In this document: positions 1-12,100 of the stretch, one piece after another
Layout: every line of letters begins with the position of its first letter
How positions within the stretch are numbered: the stretch's first letter is position 1
Source of the DNA: Octopus sinensis
Taxonomy: Eukaryota
NCBI RefSeq assembly: GCF_006345805.1
Contig: NC_043000.1
Coordinates: 118,172,001 to 118,236,000 of the forward strand
Direction of reading: 5' to 3'
DNA: 64,000 nucleotides
The notes under the pieces: generated by a model
What the model was told of the DNA's origin: nothing
Databases searched by the model: none
Seen by the model: the letters and a program-made list of their open reading frames with translations, nothing else
Program-made: the position numbers and the translations under genes

Positions 1-1085
1 TGTATCTGACAAGGGTCTTTACATTAGCTGTAAACATACGCACTGGTTCTGTCTTACTTCTTATTTATTTGTCAGTTGATTAACTAACCAATTAAGCAAT
101 TGATTGTTTAATTAATCATTCAGTTAATCAATTAACCAGCTAAGTTTGTCAAAGTCCTTTTGTTGTCTTTCGCGACCTCATCAACGACTTGCTCTCTCTA
201 CACCAAGTCAACTGCAGACAAACCTGACTGATTTTGATAAGTCACTTCTGGGAGTGTGAAAGGCTAAGGGAGTAGACTCTTACAGAAAATCTGGAGTAAG
301 GGCGACTTAGGCAATTGGTGGGAAGGACGAAGTCAAACCATCTTTTGGCAGCCTCTGATGTAGACAGAAATCTTCCATCCACCGGGTCCCCAGGTAGCGG
401 ACAGTGGAAAAGCCTTCATATATGAAGGTTAGCAGAGAATATGAAAATAAACGGTCCCGGACCAAATATACTTAGAGGAGTAAACTTCAATGATAAAAAA
501 AAATCCCAGCATTGAATTGCAGAAGGTTGGTATGCAATGGGTGCAAGCTTCAACAAACTGATTCATTGGATACACACAATTCCTGCCTCACCGAAGGAGA
601 TCCTGTCTCTACTAATGAGGAAATGCAATCTACAGGAGGAGTATGCGACCCCTGTCATATTAAGCTATTGAAAGGCCAAAATGACAAGGGCCCGCGTTGG
701 AACCCGACCATAATAATATAATAGAAATCATTTAAATAAGTATCTGTAATATACAAAAGTCGATTCAAATTATTAACCTTCTCCCCATGAACAAATTGCT
801 TTCTTCTAATCAAAAGAAATTAACAGATACCAACCACATGGTTTCGGGTTCAGTCCCACTGCGTGGCACCTTGGGCAAGTGTCTTCTACTACAGCCTCGG
901 GCCGACCAAAGCCTTGTGAGTGGATTTGGAGACGGAAACTGAAAGAAGCCCGTCGTATATATGTACATATATGTATGTGTGTGTGTATGTTTGTGTGTCT
1001 GTGTTTGTCCCCCCAACATCGCCTAACAATCGACGCTGGTGTGTTTACGTCCCCGTAAGTTTCACATATGTACTTACCACACAGC

Positions 1086-1121
<36 letters not shown>

Positions 1122-1383
1122 CTTTACTACCCACAAGGGGCTAAACACAGAGGAGACAAACAAGGACAGACAAAGGGATTAAGTCGATTACATCGACCCC
1201 AGTGCGTAACTGATACTTAATTTATCGACCCCGAAAGGATGAAAGGCAAAGTCGACCTCGGCGGAATTTGAACTCGGAACGTAACGGCAGACGAAATACG
1301 GCAACGCATTTCGCCCGACGTGCTAACGTTTCTGCCAGCTCGCCTATATATATATATATATATATATATTTCTTTTCTTGTAG

Positions 1384-1659
1384 GTTTTATCGTTAATGGA
1401 GCAATCAATGCAAATTTGAGCACAATAGAAAAACGGTTTGAATTTTCCAGTAAAATGTCGAGTTGGATTCCCAGTGTTTATGATATCACAGGAGCACCAG
1501 TTGCTTTATTTGTTTGCTTCAAAGGAGCAATGAGCTACAAACTACGCTGGCTTGGATGCGGTTTCATTGTCTTCAGTTTGGGTTCCTTCATCATGGCAAT
1601 GCCACATATTTTTAGTCACAGATACGAATGGGATAAAAGTATGTTTATTCATTGCTCAC
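1384..1659 (+). CDS. SLCO4-like: SLCO exon A (TM1 end to TM3): [19 protein letters not shown]...[20 protein letters not shown]
   Basis: Acceptor cttgtag at 1377-1383; donor GTAAGT at 1660; alternative in-frame donor GTATGT at 1639. Confidence 0.9.
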
Positions 1660-2037
1660 GTAAGTATGTTATCAGAAGTATATCGATTGTTAATCTCTTT
1701 GTTTTCTTCCAAGATACTTATCAAGTTCAATACAATTTCATGCATCAAAGAATATGACGTAAGATATAGGGTATACAATGTCTAGAATGAAAGTAATAAT
1801 ACAAAGTATGACAGGTATTTTGTGAGCAAACTTTATTCGGCCTTGAAAACGACCTGGTGTAATGTTATGCGTAAAATGCTAAATTTTGACTATTTTATAT
1901 CTACATTATTTACATTATTTACATTCGACGGATATTTGTCCTCATCTCGTTTGTTGTTAACACAACGTTTCGACTGTTATACCCTCCAGCCTTCATCAGG
2001 TGTCTTGGGGAAATTTAGAACCTAAGGTATTTTTCGA

Positions 2038-2076
<39 letters not shown>

Positions 2077-2254
2077 CATTCTATGTTTGACTTTTGCTTT
2101 ACATTTGTACAAGTTGGCTCCAAGTCTCACGCAGAGACCTCAAGAGACAAGTTGGAAGTTCATGTTGGTGGAATGCCTAGGTTGCCATATATTTGGTTTT
2201 ATACTTAGTGTTGTACTAGTGAATGTTTAAGAAACCATAAGAAAATTATTATTA

Positions 2255-2294
<40 letters not shown>

Positions 2295-3780
2295 CATTCT
2301 ATGTTTGACTTTTGCTTTACATTTGTACAAGTTGGCTCCAAGTCTCACGCAGAGACCTCAAGAGACAAGTTGGAAGTTCATGTTGGTGGAATGCCTAGGT
2401 TGCCATATATTTGGTTTTATACTTAGTGTTGTACTAGTGAATGTTTAAGAAACCATAAGAAAATTATTATTATATTATTATTATTATTATTATACAGACC
2501 ACTGCCTGGAATCAAACTCAGAATCTTGGGGTTAGTAGCCAGCACTCTTAACCACTACGCCATATGTCCATCAAATGTAAATAATGTACATAATTCCTCA
2601 TCTCTTAAATATAGAACTGTATTTTATTTCTAATTCCGATGTATTGTTAGCATCCACATGGCAAATTACAACCTGGCTAAGAGACTGAAAAGTCATTTTG
2701 TGCTTGTGACTTTTGCTGACATCCACCGTGATTCAGAGATCACCAGCTTTTAAAATATGGATCATTCCTGTTCAGGATCAGGAAAGAACTGGAAGCTTCT
2801 GGTGGTGATGTGTCATTCGTGGCCAGCTAAGAGAGATAAGTATTCTCAACAGTTCGGAATCATCAGGATACTCAAGCTGGCCCATTAGAACCAGATCCTC
2901 ATTGACAACCTCAATATATGAGGCCCATTTGCCTCAAAAAGGTAGTTTACTGGACCCATTAGATCCAGATCATCATTGACAACCTCAGTATTTGAGGCCC
3001 ACTTGCCTCAAAAGGGTAGTTTACTGAGCCCATTAGATCTGGATCATCATTGAAAACCTCAGTATTTGAGGCCCATTTGCCTCAAAAAGGTAGTTTACTG
3101 AGCCCATTAGATCCAGATCATCATTGACAACCTCAGTATTCGAGGCCCATTTGCCTCAGAAAGGTAGTTTATTGTCAGATGTGTTGGTGCATGAGGGCAT
3201 CAGGTACAAGTTTTACATGATAAGGAGAAGAAGGAGAAAGAGTTTTGAGTAAGACCCAGAAGAACCATGCAGTCATGTGACCCATATCATTATGTGGCTT
3301 CTGAGCTTTCTTGGTTTGAATCCATTGGACTGTTGTACATGTGGTGTTGTCAACATTGGAGGAGAGAAAACTGGCAGCTCTACAGTGCACATGGGGCAAT
3401 GAATGGCGTGGGCAGGAAACTAAATAAACAAATACCGGGGTTGTTTTGTTTGACTAAAATCCTTCAGAGCAGTGTCCCAGCATGATCTTAGTCCCATGAC
3501 TGAAACTAGTAAAAGATGAAAGAATAACCTCATCAATACCAAATACCTACTACTAGTACTGAAATAACTACTATTTTAGGCCAGAAGAGCTTTGCTATTC
3601 TTTAAAAAAAAATAGATAGGCGCAGGAGTGGCTGTGTGGTAAGTAGCTTGCTAACCAACCACATGGTTCCGGGTTCAGTCCCACTGCATGGCATCTTGGG
3701 CAAGTGTCTTCTACTATAGCCCCGGGCCGACCAATGCCTTGTGAGTGGATTTGGTAGACGGAAACTGAGAGAAGCCTGTC

Positions 3781-3820
<40 letters not shown>

Positions 3821-5043
3821 GTATATGTATGTGTGTGTGTGTTTGTGTGTCTGTGTTTGTTCCCCTAGCATTGCTTGACAACCGATGCTGGTGTGTTTAC
3901 ATCCCCGTCACTTAGCGGTTCGGCAAAAAGAGACCGATAGAATAAGTACTGGGCTTACAAAAAGAATAAGTCCCGGGGTCGAGTTGCTCGACTAAAGGTG
4001 GTGCTCCAGCATGGCCGCAGTCAAATGACTGAAACAAGTAAAAGAGTAAAAGAGAAAGAGAAAGAGTATATTATTCATTCTAGGTGAGCTCTGGCAGAAA
4101 CGTTAGCACACCGGGCGAAATGCATAGCCATATTTCGTCTACCGTTACGTTCTGAGTTCAAATTCCGCCGAGGTCGACTTTGCCTTTCATCCTTTCTGGG
4201 TCGATAAATAGAGTACCAGTTTCGCACTGGGGTCAATGTAATCGACTTTATCCCTTTGTCTGTTCTTGTTTGTCCCCTCTATGTTTAGCCCCTTGTGGGC
4301 AATAAAGAAATATATATTATTCATTCTATATTTCTCATCCAGAGTGATTCAAAGAGTGTGAAATTAAAACAGTTTCATTTACTTGAAACAGCTTAAGGCC
4401 AGCAATTTCAGGAGAGTTGATTACATTAACCCCAGTGCTCAACTGGTACTTATTCTATTGACCCCGAAAAAAATGACAGGCAAAGCTGACTGTGACAGAA
4501 TTTGAACTTAGACCATAAAGACGAACATAGTGCTACAAAGCATGTTGCTGGGCGTGCTAACAATTCATATTTGTTTATTACCCACAAAGAGCTAAACATA
4601 GAGGGGACAAACAAGGACAGACAAATGGATTAAATCGATTACATCGACCCCAGGATGTAACTGGTACGTATTTCTTATTGCCCACAAGGGGCTAAACATA
4701 GAGGGGACAAACAAGGACAGACAAAGGGATCAAGTCAATTACATCGACCCCAGTGCGTAACTGGTACTTAATTTATCAACCCCGAAAGGATTAAAGGCAA
4801 AGTCAACCTCGGCAGAATGTGAACTCAGAACGTAACGGCAGACGAAATACTGCTAAGCATTTCGCCTGGCATGCTAACAATTCTGCCCACTTACCACCTT
4901 AATCTAATTCTAATGTTAAAAAGATTTGTTGCCTGAAATCTCTATTTGGATTGCTATGAATCAAATATCACACTTCAATGTTTTAGCATGGTTTTCTCCA
5001 CTATCTATTCTGATCCATAATGAGCTATTGTTTTTATTCAATT

Positions 5044-5084
<41 letters not shown>

Positions 5085-5829
5085 TTAAACTCGTCTTCTA
5101 CATTGCATTAACTCATTCCCAGTGCCAACCCTATTTAAAGCATTTCTTTTAAATAGCATTTTACAGGACATTATGCAAGATAATAAAATTGAAATCATTA
5201 ACAATTGCTTTCACAATTTATGTAAACATCCATAAATCTCATTTTGTTTCTTTTCAATTTTCTTTTTCTCAGTTATTTAAATATATTATCAACTCTTTAG
5301 CATTTATATTACTCTCACAAATATGATATTTATTTATTCACATTGTTTTGAATTAATCATACATTATCTCATTACTTCAAAGTTTCAGTGATGTGATTGC
5401 TTTATTCTTAGAATGACATTGCAGGGTAGATGGGAAAGGGTGGATCTAGTCAGTTTGAACATAAAACAACCAGAATATTTTGGTTGGGTATGGCTAGTTT
5501 AAATGCTTATGGGTTAAATCAAAATAATAGGTTTTTTTTAGGAAATTTGCCTTCCAATAGGTTTTATATATACACATACATAAATATAATTATACATACA
5601 TACATATTATTATTATTGAGTGAGAGAGCAGTGCATGCCATCAAAGTGACACCGGGGTAAAATATACGAAGCCCAGTATACCCATCATGACTTCCTGTCT
5701 GATAAGGGTATCTCATATTAAGATAAACAGCACGTGACCTTGCAGGTGGGGCCCAGTTAGAATTTTCTTCTGGTCAAGTAACCCATCCCTCTCAAAAGGT
5801 CCCTGAATATATGTGTATATATACATATA

Positions 5830-5862
<33 letters not shown>

Positions 5863-6080
5863 CAACAAATGAGGGTAAAATTAATTAGTTATTAATCAAT
5901 TTCACCAAGTAGTGTTCAGTATGTAAAAGGACCATTTAAGGCGAATTCAAAATATTACATTATATAATTATATCTGAGAGAAATTTTCTTAAAGTAGTGG
6001 AAATGGCTAAGAAACTTTTTGGCTGCTATTTCTAGAAAGTTCAGTATGTGGCAAAGTAATTTACTTTACTAAGCCCTAAT

Positions 6081-6127
<47 letters not shown>

Positions 6128-9100
6128 TACATACATATACATATATGTATGTATGTATATGTGTCATTGTTTGTCCCCACCACCATTGCTTGACAACCGA
6201 TGCTGGTGTGTTCATGTCCCCCTTAACCTAGCAGTTTGGCAAAAGTGACCAATAGAATAAGTACTAGACTTACAAAGAATAAGTCCTCGGGTCAATTTCT
6301 TCAACTAACACCCCTTTAAGACAATGCTCCAGCATGGCCGCAGTCAAATGACTGAAACAAGTAAACAAATAAAAGAGCAAAATTGTAATTCACTTTTAGA
6401 GATTCTTCTACATTTTTGTTTAACTTTCTTTTCTTTTTTTTGTTTTTGTTCTATCAAACAGGTGTGGAAAGTACCAGTAACGATTGCGGGGCCATTCATG
6501 ATGTCAACCCTTATCACATATTTCTTGGAGTTCTTCTTTTAGGGCAGATGTTTCATAGTGTAGGTGGAAGTATTCTCTTTTCACTTGGAATAACTATATT
6601 AGATGACATTGCTACACCCATGACAACGCCATTACATATTGGTAATTAAATTAAAATTAGTTCATAATTATTTCATAAATTTAATTTATATATATATGCT
6701 TAACGATTTAAATATAAATTCATTTTTTATATGTTCGTAAAAAAAATAGAGTTTAGATCCTAAGAACAACTCATTAAATTCATTGTTATTATATGTTAAT
6801 GAGAGAAAAAGTGTTATATAAAGGTAAAATAAAGTATACCTTACATTTTGGTTTAATTAGGCATCAGCAAGAATAAAAAAGAAGAGAGAGGTAACGCTTA
6901 ACTCAAAACATCTACCTCCCGGTCTATAAGATGTAAAAAAATTACCAGCAATGGACATCTCACATATATTGTAATGTAGAATATCAGCAAGCTGAGTGTT
7001 AATGTTTGATGAGAGAATTTGGCATCAAACAATCTATACTGATATCACAAAATGATAATACAGTGATATCACAAAATGATTATACAATGATATCACAAAA
7101 TGATAATACAATAGTATGTGTTTCATTGGAATCATGACCAGCAATGGCTCCTTCATAATGTGATTGTTTTATCACTTACATGTGATATCAGATTAAATCC
7201 TTTGACAAACATGCAACTGAGAAATTTTGTAGATATGATTATTATTATGGCCAATGAGGTAAATCCGAGGCATTGCTAGTTGAAAATCATTATTATTATT
7301 ATTTATTATTATTATTATTAGAGTATATTTTCATTGATATTTTGTCATACCTTTGGAGAGTCAATATGCCAATAATAAACACATGTACTGGTTCTATTTC
7401 ACTACTTTATCATTTATTTATCAATTAGTTAACCTATTAATTAATTAACTAGGTGATTGACTAATTGTTTGGTCAATCACTAAATCATTTAGGTTCCTCA
7501 AAGGCCTTGTATCACCATTTATGAACTCATCAATGATATATCCACCCTGCTCCCTTTCTACATGCCCTTCTCTACTCCAGCTCTGTTTCTAAATGATTAA
7601 TTAAACAATTTATTTCCTAATTAGTTTAATAGTTAACCAATTGACAAATAAAATGATAAAGAAGTGAGATATAATCAATGCATGTATTCATTATTGGTAT
7701 GATGACCCTCCCAAGATACAACAAAATATGTTTCAACATATAATTTGACACTAAGACTCTTCCAAACCAAACGCAAAAAGTTTTATTGATTTGTTTTACA
7801 CATTCTCAAGCCCTAATTTGTTTTCTTTATTTCAAGGTATACTGATGGTTTTTGCAACCTTGGGTCCTGCATTAGGATATATAGTCGGTGCTCAGTTTCT
7901 TGATATTTTTGTTGATCCTTCAAAACAAAATGAGTAAGTATCACCTACTATATAGTTACTGAATAACATTTCACATAAAATAATTACCTTGGAAAACCTG
8001 AAATTTTAGGGAACCTGTTTAACAGAGATAAGCATTGATGCTCTAAGTCTGCAGTCTTGTTTGGATACTTGTGGGAAGTATTTAAATCAGTTGTGACTGT
8101 GTGGTAAGAAGTTTGCTTTCCAACTACATGGTCCCAGGTTCAGTCCCACTTTGTGACACAGTGGTTGGCATCTTGAAGGGGATCCAGCTGTAAAAGTCTT
8201 GTCAAAACTAACTTCAGCTGTGCTAGTGCCACGTAGAAAGCACTGAGTCCACTCTGCAGAGTGGTTGGTGTTAGGAAGGGCATCCAGTTGTAAAGTCCCT
8301 GCCAAAACAGACAAAGTAGCCTTGGGTAGATTTTCTACCTGGCCGGCTCCTGTCAGCCGTCCTACACATGCAGGTAGGGAAGACAGACGTTAAATGATGA
8401 TGATGATGATAATGATGATTGTTTGTGTGTTTGTGTGTTTGTGTGTTTATGGTTCAGATGTACAATGATGAAAAACAAAAGGCAGAAACAGGTAAGAGAA
8501 CAACAAGCAAGGTGTATTAGTTTGACGCTCAGGACAAATGGAAATGTCTTTGGCATTTCAAGCCTTTACTCTGCAACAGAAAGAGATGAGGGAGGAAAAT
8601 GGAGAGAGAGGGAAAAAAAATGGTAGGAGAAAAAAACATGTCAGAATTAATGCTTCCACATGTGTATGTGTGTGTGCTTTTTTTTGTCCCCTGCCTTCAC
8701 TTGACAACCGGTGTTGGTGTGTCGACGTCCCTGTAACTTAGCCGTTCAGCAAAAGAGACTGATAGAATAAGTCCTAGGCATTGAAAAAATAGATAGGTAT
8801 TGAGGTCAATTCATTCAGGTAGAAATTTTTCCAGGTGGTGCCCCAGCATGGTTGCAATCTAATGATTGAATCGTCGTTGTCGTCGTCGTTTGACGTCCGT
8901 TTTCCATGCTAGCATGAGTTGGATGTTTCGACCGGGGTCTGGGAAGCCAGGAGGCTGCACCAGGCTCCAGTCTGATCTGGCAGTGTTTCTACAGCTGGAT
9001 TCTCTTCCTAACGCCAACCACTCCGTGAGTGTAGTGGGTGCTTTTTATGTGCCACCGGCACAGGGGCCAGAAGTAGCTGGCAAATGGCCACGATCAGTTG

Positions 9101-12100
9101 GTGCTTTTTATGTGTCACCGACACGGACGCCAGTCAGGTGGCACAGGCATCAGCCATGTTCAGATGGTGCTTCTTACGTGCCACCGGCACAGGTATCATA
9201 ACTACAATCTCCCCTTGATTTTTATTTTGATGTTGACGTTGACATACTTGACTCAATAGGTCTCCTCAAGCACAGTGGGTCACCCTACGTAAAAGATTAG
9301 AAGATAATAATGGCCATAGGGATAGAATGGACATAGTTTCTTCCACACCAATACTCTTAGGATTTGCACAAGCAAGTTACAGTGTCCAGTGGCCTTGTGT
9401 ATGTTTTGAATTAGTTGAAATGACTTCCTTCAAGCAATTCAGTCTCTCATGGAATGTACACCAATAACTCTAGTATTTATAAGGAAACATTATATACAAC
9501 AGTTAGTTTTAATAGTTTGTAGTTACAATCAGGGGTATAGCTTGGATAAATGGCACCCAGGACAAGCATCAAAATTGCCCTCCTCCCCTCCCAGCCAAAA
9601 AGCAGTGCATGCATTTTGTGAGGTCAAGAAAGAACACCTATTCTATCTTGCAACATGGATGGCGATAAACAAACTATACCTGAAAAGGATTAAAAAAATT
9701 TTTTAATGGCTTAATTAGAAAATGATCATGGCCAAAATTGCAACATCTTAAAGTGGTGCCCAGGGCATGTGCCCTGTTTGCCCCACCCTTGCTCTATCCC
9801 TGGTTATAATGTCTACTTCCTATCTATTTCTAGATCCTGGATGGCTCTGTCATTTCATTAGTATCTTGGAAGCTCCATCACAAAATCTTCACTCACAGAA
9901 GCATTGCTGTGATGAGTATCAGTTAGATAAAGACAAGGTTGTCATATCTACCTTGGAACTCAGGATGTAAACAACTGGAACAAAGCACACCAGAAATTTT
10001 GCCCAATGCTATACTAATTCAGCCAGTTCACCAACCTGTACTGGTATATATTTTATCAATCTTAGAAGGTCGAATAACATAGATGACCCTGAACTAAGAA
10101 CACAAAGAGACAGAATAAACATGGCAAGCAATTCTGTCAGGTTGCCCCCATGACTACTTTATAATTCCTCTATAGAAATATCACTTTCAAGTTTTGGCAC
10201 AAGGTCAGCAATTTCAGGGGTGGGATATATCAATTAGATTGACAAGTGTTTAACAAATACTTATTTTAACAGCCCCAAAAGAATGATAAGCAAAGTTAGC
10301 CTTAGAAGAATTTGAACTCAGATCATAAAGATGGATGAAATGCCACTAAGTATTTTGCCCAGCATGCAAACAATTCTGCTGGCCCATCTCCATAGAAATA
10401 TTGAAAATGTATCTAGGTTCACTTAGTTATAACCATCCATCCATTCATCCATTTTCTCCACCCAGGCACCTCTCCATCTGTGGATTAAAGTAGAAGAAAG
10501 GCCAGGGACCCCATAAAATCCCTGATCTGAAAGAACCTCATGTATAGATAGCAATTGTACAGTATGTAGAATGAACTGTAAAATTTGGAATGTAGCCCAA
10601 GGTGTATTAAGGGATGGTGCAGAAACAGGACAATGACATACACTGGGATTCTATAAGAAACAACCGTAGTTAGACTCTCTTTCCCAATCATTAACAGTTG
10701 TTCCCACCTAGACTCACTTCAGGGTCCTGAGACATACATCTTTTCTGTTCCCACTCCATGACTCTGTTGAAGCAACTGAAAATTGTTAACAAGAATTGCC
10801 ATGAGAAGCTGCTGAGACAGTGACCTTCACATAAGCTGTCAATATTCAACTCAATGGCCTTGTAGGGTATCCTCAATGAGGTAAGTTTGGAGGGGACTCC
10901 AGAATCAGAAGGGAAACTTTAATTCTTATATTGTGCATTTCACTCTGGTGAAAGGCTTAACACCATCCACTTCTAAAACTATAATGGCCTGCCTTAGTAG
11001 CAGTTAATATGATGTAATTTTCAAACAATTAGACTAGACGAAGAATAAAATCAAATATTTAGGGTAGACTTAACATGAAGCAAAGAAATGATTTTAAAAC
11101 TTTAGTTCATTGTTAACTTCATCATCATCAACGTTTAAAGTCTGTTTTTCCATGCTAGCATGGATTGGACAGTTCGACCGGGGTCTGGGAAGCCAGAAGG
11201 CTGCACCAGGCTCCAGTCTGATCTGGCAGAGTTTCTACAGCTTGATACCCTTCTTAATGCCAACCACTCCGTGAGTGTGGTGGGTGCTTTTTACGTGCCA
11301 CCGGCACAGGGGCCAGGTGAGGCTGGCAACAGCCATGATTGGATTGGTGCTTTTTACGTGCCACCAACATGGAAGCCGGTCAAGGCGATGCTGGCATCGG
11401 CCACATTCGGATAGTGCTTTTTACGTGCCACCGGCACAGGGGCCAGGTGAGGCTGGCAACAGCCATGATTGGATTGGTGCTTTTTACGTGCCACCAACAT
11501 GGAAGCCGGTCAAGGCGATGCTGGCATCGGCCACATTCGGATAGTGCTTTTTACGTGCCACCGGCACAGGGATCCCAACTACAATTTCCATTGATTTTTG
11601 ATGTTGGTGTACTTGACTCAATAGGTCTCCTCAAGCACAGGGTCGAAACAGTGTTCCTTTACTTGCCACCTGCACAGGAGTCTGTTACTGGTATTTAGGC
11701 TGCACCTCTGGTATGAGATCTCTCCCCTGCCATCTGCCAGTTTTGGAAGCCTTGTAAATAGTCATTTACTCCTGAATAAAAGACAAAATAAATATTTTCA
11801 GTTTACATTTATAACTGGATAGTTTTGTATTCAACAATATATTTACATTTTGCAAATAATTTTTTGACTTCATTCTTTAAATATTTAAAATCAATTTTAT
11901 TTTATTTATAACTAGCACTATGACCCGGCGTTGCTGGGTCATAGTGCTAGTGCATGCATATACAGCTGCGTGCATGCGCATATACATGCGAGTACAGTCC
12001 AAATCTCCAACCAATCACATACAACTAGCTGGCATTCAATTGGCGTATCAAGTTTCGGGCATTTTGATTGGGTTTTGGATAGAAAATTCACAAAAAAGTC

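Noticed and set aside
512-721. 69-aa ORF as the missing first SLCO coding exon
   Set aside because: No OATP N-terminal or TM1 features and no suitable phase-1 donor; the region looks like decayed retroelement sequence.
2881-3173. CRISPR-like array
   Set aside because: The units are contiguous near-identical repeats with no unique spacers, in a eukaryotic context with no cas genes.
11160-11698. Repetitive ORFs [10 protein letters not shown]...
   Set aside because: Products of a 130-bp (not a multiple of 3) tandem repeat in a non-coding retroposon tail.
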